A stretch of DNA of 64,000 nucleotides from a virus. The notes beneath the pieces are model-generated. The model was given only the letters and a program-made list of their open reading frames with translations. It did no database searches and was not told the DNA's origin. A program made the position numbers and the translations under genes. The stretch spans positions 34,913 through 98,912 of IMG/VR virus record IMGVR_UViG_3300033233_000019, one strand, 5' to 3'. Below are positions 57,711 through 64,000 of this stretch, in pieces; position 1 is the stretch's first letter; each line of letters opens with the position of its first letter.

Positions 57711-57866
57711 GTTTGCGCTCCTCTTTCGTAATGATGTGACGTTCTTGTGCCGTTAACTGCGGCGGAATGATTCCGAACTTTTGCAGGATCATACGCTTCT
57801 CTTCCTTGCCAAGTTCATCGTCTCCGATTTCCAGTGCCATTTGCTGTTTTAGTCCGTCGATGATAG

Positions 57867-58319
57867 TCATTTCTTCTTTCTCCTAGACCGCTTGAAAATC
57901 TGGTGAGCAATGTCTTCGTATAAATTGCCGATAGCGAAGGCAAAAAATTCTTGGCTTTCGATGGTCACAGGGATGTTGTTGAAGTCCCATATCTTGATGA
58001 TCGTGTGAACTAATTCGTGGATAAGAGTCCCTTGACCAGAGATTGTCCAATCAAAGTCGCTGACAGCAACAGCCCATTCACGGGGTGTTCCTTTGATATC
58101 CCACGAAGTTGAAAACGCCGCGAAGTTATCATCGAACTCGTCTCGCGGTTCTTTGGCAAGCGTGCCGCCCTTCTTCTCGATGTACTTTGCCAGCCAAGCA
58201 TTGAATTGCTTATTGTTGTAGTTGATGAAGACATGCACAGGTCTTTGGAAGATACAATCCTTCACCTTGAAACAAAGTTTACCGGGTTTGGGTCGTCCTT
58301 TAGCCTTTGGCATGTCCAT
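57867..58319 (-). CDS. Hypothetical HExxH protein
   Basis: LIHELVH ... E.FA. Confidence 0.65.
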   Translation of the reverse strand: MDMPKAKGRPKPGKLCFKVKDCIFQRPVHVFINYNNKQFNAWLAKYIEKKGGTLAKEPRDEFDDNFAAFSTSWDIKGTPREWAVAVSDFDWTISGQGTLIHELVHTIIKIWDFNNIPVTIESQEFFAFAIGNLYEDIAHQIFKRSRRKKK

Positions 58320-58674
58320 TCCTAATGCTGATGAAGTACTTCGCTGTCGGCCAAATGTGATTCTGAATGAAGGCCAAGCCGATGCGCTGTTCGTAATAGT
58401 TCTTCTGCTCTTTGTCTAGTTCCTCTTTGCCCAAGAGAAACGTGCCGGCGAACTTTCGGATCATGGCATCGTCGTGTATGATCGCGCTGATGGTGTTCTC
58501 AACGTCGCAAACAAAATCACTTGCTGACGGTCTGGCCGGATTGGGTGTCCCACCGCCACCATATCGCTGCTCTTCCGTGTTCTGAGCAATCAATTTTGAC
58601 TTGTACTTCAGCTTCTCGTACTGCTCTAACACATCGTTGAACGCCAACAAATTTCGATTCGTCTGTCTCGACAT
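58300..58674 (-). CDS. Hypothetical protein
   Basis: Operon packing. Confidence 0.65.
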   Translation of the reverse strand: MSRQTNRNLLAFNDVLEQYEKLKYKSKLIAQNTEEQRYGGGGTPNPARPSASDFVCDVENTISAIIHDDAMIRKFAGTFLLGKEELDKEQKNYYEQRIGLAFIQNHIWPTAKYFISIRNGHAKG

Positions 58675-58675
58675 T

Positions 58676-59044
58676 CTATCCTTTCGGCCCGTACTTCATA
58701 ATGCGTTTGACCTTGGCTTGACCAAGAAGTCCGTAAACCTTTCGGCCCAACGCTTGAACTGCTGGCGGGTTGTCGAGGTAGTCTGCCGCTGCTCTGAGCA
58801 ACGCAGGATCGTCGTTGAAGTAACCCAACCCTTTGTTCATTGTCATAGTGAGCAATCCCCGGATCAAACCGTCGCCATGCCGATGATCGATATTCAGACG
58901 CAGGTTGAGCGGACGTTTACCGGAGATTGCACACTTCCCACCTTGTGCTGCCGTCATCTTCCTGAAGTCGTCAGGCGTTAAACGATATAGCTTCCACAAT
59001 CTAGCCGCCCAACTCTTCGATGTTTTCTTCGTCTTTGGTGTCAT
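58676..59044 (-). CDS. EndoVII-like endonuclease lacking most zinc cysteines
   Basis: CAIS, IDHRH, IRGLLTMTMNKGLG. Confidence 0.8.
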   Translation of the reverse strand: MTPKTKKTSKSWAARLWKLYRLTPDDFRKMTAAQGGKCAISGKRPLNLRLNIDHRHGDGLIRGLLTMTMNKGLGYFNDDPALLRAAADYLDNPPAVQALGRKVYGLLGQAKVKRIMKYGPKG

Positions 59045-59535
59045 AGCAGCCCCAAGTCGATTATCTTGAACTCGCCCTCGCGGGTCTGCATGATGTTGTA
59101 GCCAGCTATGTCACGATCATCGCCTTCGTCGTCGAAGATCGCATCGGCAACTTGCTGAAGAACGTGTCCCACAAATACAGCCTTGCTCTGTCCTACTTTG
59201 TGGTAGTAATCCGTCAACAACACACCATTCCGTGTGTCCGCATAATACATGGCCGGAATGAAAGGTCGAAGCGCGGCGAACTTCTGTATCCGCGTAATCT
59301 TCCTGATTACGTAGATTTCATGGCGTGCGTGCTCAAGGTTTCCCTCTTTCGATGCGCCACTAATTGGGAACTTCACAACCAGCCGATTCGCTGAGTCCTG
59401 CTTGTTGATTGCGTACACTTCTCTGAACGCACCACTGGCAAGACGTGTGAGACTCAAGCCAATGTTACGAGCCTCTTTAGCGGTCTTTGGTTTGTACTCT
59501 TTGAACAGCTTAATGATTTCAGTTTTCGTGCTCAC
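59041..59535 (-). CDS. Minimal protein-kinase-fold protein
   Basis: LASGAFREVY, VVKFP, HE, DIAGYNIM, KIIDLG. Confidence 0.75.
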   Translation of the reverse strand: MSTKTEIIKLFKEYKPKTAKEARNIGLSLTRLASGAFREVYAINKQDSANRLVVKFPISGASKEGNLEHARHEIYVIRKITRIQKFAALRPFIPAMYYADTRNGVLLTDYYHKVGQSKAVFVGHVLQQVADAIFDDEGDDRDIAGYNIMQTREGEFKIIDLGLL

Positions 59536-59686
59536 TTGGCTTCCTTTACCAGCTTTCCTGCACGCTTGATAGCTTCACGTAACCGCTTGGCCGCAGATGC
59601 ACTCAGCTTCGATTCAGGAAGCCATTGGATCACGATGTTCCCGGCCCGTATGAGCATTCTCAGGTCTACCACTCGTAGCCCGGACA

Positions 59687-59983
59687 TTAGTCACCGATCA
59701 TCGAGTAGGAATAGTCGCCAGCAATTCCTACATCCTTCAACGGACGAGTATTGAAGAAACTTCCAAGGTCAGGGTACTTGACTTCCACAGAGTCCCCATC
59801 AAATTTGATGCTGTCGGCAACCAAGATGAAGTTGTAGGCCGACCAATTACGCAACGCTTGCCAGAACCGCTCAGTCGGGTGCGCTTTGCAGTAGGCGGCG
59901 AAGCTTTCCAAGACCTTATTGTTTTTGTTTTCCGGCTGTCCATCGTACTCTCTGCCGTATCCATCACTCGCTCTGTATGGCAT
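59687..59983 (-). CDS. Hypothetical protein
   Basis: YC..HP.ERFWQALRNW. Confidence 0.6.
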   Translation of the reverse strand: MPYRASDGYGREYDGQPENKNNKVLESFAAYCKAHPTERFWQALRNWSAYNFILVADSIKFDGDSVEVKYPDLGSFFNTRPLKDVGIAGDYSYSMIGD

Positions 59984-59984
59984 G

Positions 59985-60293
59985 TTAGTTCACCGTCCTC
60001 GATTCAAAATCTTCAAACATCTTGTAGCCGACTTCCGTGATGGCGAACACGCCGAACTCACGATTATTGTTGATCCGTGATTGAGCGATGCTTTCCTGAA
60101 AATCCTTCGACACGTTCTGCACGTATCCAAGACCTTCCAGTTCGCCAATCTCACGCATGTCCTGACGAATGCGCTTGGCTTTTTCTTCGGAATCTTTATT
60201 CGACTCAAACATAACAACGAAGACTCGTGTCGGCCCATTCGCCGCCGTGTTGAGCGTGTCATATTGGTACTTCGTTAGCTCAAGGATGCTCAC
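59985..60293 (-). CDS. Hypothetical protein
   Basis: GGAGG RBS. Confidence 0.65.
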   Translation of the reverse strand: MSILELTKYQYDTLNTAANGPTRVFVVMFESNKDSEEKAKRIRQDMREIGELEGLGYVQNVSKDFQESIAQSRINNNREFGVFAITEVGYKMFEDFESRTVN

Positions 60294-60484
60294 ACAGCCT
60301 CCGTTAATTGATCGACCTTGGGGCCACCGCTAACGATATCCTCGACCAGCTTGAACATGCCCATTGCTCGTTCCTCGACTTCCTCTTTGTAGCCAGCCGC
60401 ATGAATGTTCCGGCCACTGAGCCTGTCCACTTGGTACAGGTACATCTGAATCGCGGTCAGCAAATTATGTTCAATTTCGTTCAT
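60290..60484 (-). CDS. Hypothetical protein
   Basis: AAGGGA RBS downstream of promoter. Confidence 0.6.
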   Translation of the reverse strand: MNEIEHNLLTAIQMYLYQVDRLSGRNIHAAGYKEEVEERAMGMFKLVEDIVSGGPKVDQLTEAV

Positions 60485-60508
60485 AAGTCCCTTTCCGATC
60501 CTGACAGC

Positions 60509-60537
60509 ATTCTACCACTACTCGTCAGTCTTGTCAA
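60509..60537 (-). promoter_or_regulatory. Sigma70-like promoter
   Basis: TTGACA-17-TAGAAT with TGn extension. Confidence 0.8.
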
Positions 60538-60850
60538 CATCAAAATTCAGGTCGCCCATCCAAGGCTCGATCACAGCGTGTACATTTGTCTCAAGCCAGA
60601 CCGCCTTGGACTTCTTCGCCAATAGCCCGTCAATCGCCTTAAACGCCTGTTCTAGCCCCTGCCGGATGCCTGTATGCCACTTACCCCGATACTTCAGCGC
60701 CATGCGCCAGTCGCCAATATCGTTTAACGGTTTCAGTGTCGCCAAGACGTGAGCGGCCTCTAATCGGTAACCCGTCCCGGCCTGAACCCATGCCCACTTG
60801 CACAGCGGCTCCGGTTGCTTTTTTGCTGGACGAGTGACTATTAAGCTCAC
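60518..60850 (-). CDS. Hypothetical protein (GTG start coupled to HNH stop)
   Basis: GTGA overlap; N-terminus duplicated at 61408..61449. Confidence 0.7.
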   Translation of the reverse strand: MSLIVTRPAKKQPEPLCKWAWVQAGTGYRLEAAHVLATLKPLNDIGDWRMALKYRGKWHTGIRQGLEQAFKAIDGLLAKKSKAVWLETNVHAVIEPWMGDLNFDVDKTDE

Positions 60851-61449
60851 CTTGTTCGCCAGCCATTTCTCAAGCAATCTGTCATACTATGCCACTCAGG
60901 GTAAGTAAACATGGACGATTTTCCACGATTACATCGCCAGCAGCACACTACACAATTCGGCTCGCTGTAGCCAAAATTATTGTTTTTACGATCTAAATTG
61001 TGCTTTGCACCGTTTTTGGTAATAGCGAAGCTTGACCATGAAACTTTAGCATCACAGTAATGGCAATTATGTTGTTTAGTAAACCTTAAAAACTCTTCAT
61101 AAGTTATAGTACAAGTGATTGATCTGTCTTTAGCACTATGTACTAAGTAGTTGTAAAGTGCTTCATATGGACGAAGCTTGTTGCCCTCTCCCTTTAGGCA
61201 ACCACAACTTCTAGTCTTGCCTCTTCTAAGGTGATCCGACCGAACAACGACTTGCTTGCCACACTTGCATTCACACAGCCATCGTGTTCTATGTTTGAGC
61301 AATTCTTCAAACTTTAGCACCGTCAGTAGGCCGAACTTCTGCCCTAATAGATTTTTGATTGCTGGCATTCTTCGCTCTTTCTTGTTTTTCTTGTTCACGA
61401 TAAATTCTTCAGGCTGCTTCTTAGCGGGTCTGTTAACGATTAGTGGCAT
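60847..61449 (-). mobile_element. HNH homing endonuclease fused to the neighbour gene's first 14 codons
   Basis: GQKFG.LTV, WLCECKCG, SCGC, CHYC, LDRKNN..GY..NCVVCCWRCN. Confidence 0.9.
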
Positions 61450-61793
61450 ACGGTCAACGGAGGCGTCTTCATGATTTTGTCGATGATGCTACCCATTGTT
61501 TCCTCCGTTTGTATGTGTTGAACTGCATGTTTAACGGAAATTCCACACGCATGTACTTTGCCGTGTACCATAGACCACCCTGTGTCGCTGGCCGGATGTG
61601 TTCTTTGACGCCTCGCAACGTCACAGCACACCACTGACGCCCTCTAATACTCAAGTGTGGCGCAAACGGCTTTGCAGCCGCGTGCCAGCCCGGTCTAAAT
61701 GCGAATCCCGGTGTCGGTACGGATTCGGCCTTGAGCCAGACTCCGGTATTGATCACCCGGCTTCGGTCAATGAACAACGGCCCATACGAGCCA

Positions 61794-62075
61794 TCACGCC
61801 GATGCCGCAGGAGTTTGAACGCTCTGACGGTTTTTGCGCTCTTCCTCACGCTGTTTCTTCTCCTGTTCACGGTAGACTCCCGCATTCAAATTGAAATGAA
61901 TCTGCACCTTCTGAGCGTCAGTCAACGCATCATAAGGCTTGTTATGATCCTGCTTGGCGTACTTGTCGAGACGCGCCCAATTACGCACTAGAACATCGGA
62001 AGGTTTCACGTCCCAATCACAACGCAGGTAGACGATGTAAAGCGGCTTGCCAAGATGCTTAGTTGTCTTGCTCAT
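61794..62075 (-). CDS. Hypothetical protein
   Basis: GGAG RBS. Confidence 0.55.
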   Translation of the reverse strand: MSKTTKHLGKPLYIVYLRCDWDVKPSDVLVRNWARLDKYAKQDHNKPYDALTDAQKVQIHFNLNAGVYREQEKKQREEERKNRQSVQTPAASA

Positions 62076-62225
62076 TGTCTTTCACTCCTGTCTTGAACCA
62101 CATCTTCGTTTCAGCATCCCATGTTTGCTTGGTTTCGGCATTAGCGGCGTGCTTGCGCTCCTGCCACTGGTCATTGGCGTGCCCGTTCTTCTGTGTGTTC
62201 GTCTTTTTACCCGGCATTGTTCCTC

Positions 62226-62660
62226 CTAAAAATTTCCTTCGGCGCATTGAAAAACTTTGTAGCCCTTTGACCTGTACATATTTACAACCTGATACCGATC
62301 ATCGAATATACCCACGATGCTTGACAAGTCATACGCCTCGCCAACCTTGCGGAGCATTTGCTCTTTGACGATGTTGTCCGGGCGGTGATCACCAGCCTTC
62401 CGCATGAACAGATCGTCGTATGGCACGTCATACCGACGTAGCCACGCTCTCGTGGCGGCTTTGCACTCGTCGCTTCTGCCGCTCATCATTATGATAGTGG
62501 CACCAGCGGCCTTGAGCAGCTTGATCGTCTGGATCACAGGCCAGATTGGACTGTCGAGATTAACCGCACCAAAGAATCCGCGCCAGTCTTTCTCAGCGAT
62601 GAAATGGATGCGATGCTGGCAATCAGCAATCGTTCCGTCAATGTCACAAAGATAAATCAT
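62226..62660 (-). CDS. HAD phosphatase (PseT/polynucleotide kinase phosphatase-domain-like)
   Basis: DIDGT, SGR, LFMR, D..VK, FDDR, AEGNF. Confidence 0.85.
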   Translation of the reverse strand: MIYLCDIDGTIADCQHRIHFIAEKDWRGFFGAVNLDSPIWPVIQTIKLLKAAGATIIMMSGRSDECKAATRAWLRRYDVPYDDLFMRKAGDHRPDNIVKEQMLRKVGEAYDLSSIVGIFDDRYQVVNMYRSKGYKVFQCAEGNF

Positions 62661-62881
62661 GCAGACACCACTCTCGTGATCTTCATTTCGGGCCAATGGT
62701 AGCCGTGCTTTTGCGAATATGTGTTCGTGCGACCGATGGCGTTACGCGCAGCGTCGTATGTGGGAAACAGTGTCGCGTAATGGTTTAGCCAAGTCACGTT
62801 TTTGTAACCGAGCGTCTTGGTACGACCTTCGACAGTTGTAACCAAGTACCCGACTGTTTTCTTAGATGAATAGGTCTTCAT
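62657..62881 (-). CDS. Hypothetical protein
   Basis: GAGGA RBS. Confidence 0.55.
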   Translation of the reverse strand: MKTYSSKKTVGYLVTTVEGRTKTLGYKNVTWLNHYATLFPTYDAARNAIGRTNTYSQKHGYHWPEMKITRVVSA

Positions 62882-63222
62882 GTTCCTCTTCCTTTTCTGG
62901 CTTCTTGAAGTAGTCCAGCTTGTCAGGCCGAAATATGCACATCGCTAAGATTGGTACGGTGACCGCCAGCCACACTGCCAAAATCAAGAACAGTGTGAAG
63001 TTATCGGACGTTAGCTCATCAGTCATACGTTTATTGCCGCTTCCTTTTTATCCAACAAGCAAATCTCGGAAACCAATTCGGCAACCATTGCCTGAGTAAC
63101 TTCCAATGCTGCCTGTGCGTCTTCCCGAGCGTCTTCGGCCTTGCGGACTCGTTCCGCTTGCCACGAGACGATGAAGAACGCCATCACGAAGATTACGATC
63201 ATTCCGACTGTGCCAATGTCGA

Positions 63223-63666
63223 TCATAAAGTATCCCTCCATTTTTCTAGGTACACAATTGCCGCTTTCAAGTTCTTTGACAATTCACTAGCAAATCCTAG
63301 CATTAAGTTGCACTTCTTGCAAAGCAAATCTCTAACTTTTCCGTTACTATGGTCATGGTCTACGACCAGCGGTTTTACTACTTTGCAAATAGCGCACTTA
63401 CGCTCCTGCCTTTTCAATTTACGCTGATACTCGTCCGGGTGTAACCCGTATTTATATTTTCTGTGCGCTGCTGCTAGCTTCTCAGGATTATTTCTTTGCC
63501 AGTTTGCTAAGTAATCGGGATGCTCTTTAGTCCATGCCGCATTTTTCTTACGGGCAGTTTTCCTGTGCTTATTGCTATAGTCACGATTATAGCATTTCTT
63601 GCACAAACCGTTTCCGTAATTTCTTAACTTCGGGTGACACTTAGAGAATGTAATTGGCTTACTCAT
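63223..63666 (-). mobile_element. Free-standing EndoVII-like HNH endonuclease
   Basis: SKCHP..GLCKKC, CAIC, VDHDH, VRDLLCKKCN. Confidence 0.9.
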
Positions 63667-63926
63667 GCTGGTTTCCAGTTTCTCAATCTTGTAAATTTCG
63701 CAAGTTCTTTAGTTACCTCTAACTTCAAAAATCCGTCGTGCAACGCCCGGTGACACTGCCAACACAGCGTGATCAGATTGTCGAGCCTGTCGCTGCCCTG
63801 ATGTGACCGATAAACGATATGATGGACGTGCAACCCGTCTGTCCATTGGCACGAGCGGCACTTCCAGCCGTCTCGTTCCATTACTTCCCGGCTAGTGGTT
63901 TGACTCAGCACGCCGCATCCTTTCAT
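63663..63926 (-). CDS. HNH endonuclease (HNHc)
   Basis: RDGWKCRSC, HVHH, NLITLCWQCH. Confidence 0.85.
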   Translation of the reverse strand: MKGCGVLSQTTSREVMERDGWKCRSCQWTDGLHVHHIVYRSHQGSDRLDNLITLCWQCHRALHDGFLKLEVTKELAKFTRLRNWKPA

Positions 63927-64000
63927 CTGTGAAGTACTCTAACGGGTACGGCATTTGTTTCCCCGTCAGGTGGCGGTAAGCACGCCTAAGAATGACAACA

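Noticed and set aside
1-64000. CRISPR array, integrase/att site, alternative genetic code
   Set aside because: No repeat-spacer array or recombinase seen; long genes translate intact in the standard code and no suppressor tRNA was found

Overview
The window is a segment of a tailed dsDNA phage genome, probably podovirus-like: no tape measure, sheath or integrase is visible. The + strand (1-52.5 kb) carries a glycosyltransferase/sugar-dehydratase cluster, JAB and phosphatase genes, then terminase, portal, scaffold, major capsid, adaptor/nozzle and ejection proteins. These are followed by lysis-like genes, a nucleotide-metabolism trio, five tRNAs with interspersed structured RNAs, and tail-fibre genes ending at a strong terminator. 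The - strand (52.5-64 kb) carries a small decayed host-like island (truncated Fic), a glucosaminidase, RecA, a mini-kinase, a HAD phosphatase and many small ORFs driven by sigma70-type promoters. The most notable signals are: (1) about 15 free-standing HNH/EndoVII endonucleases; (2) one of them flanked by two synonymously recoded copies of a neighbour gene's N-terminus, and two preceded by anti-RBS pseudoknot/kissing-loop leaders; (3) a circularly permuted tRNA-like RNA exactly filling the gap between tRNA-fMet and tRNA-Asn; (4) a tRNA-Gly with the very rare ACC anticodon; (5) a tandem hairpin+ATA(G/T)AAAT element repeated before two late genes. All calls come from reading the sequence and motifs by eye; no database search or folding program was run.
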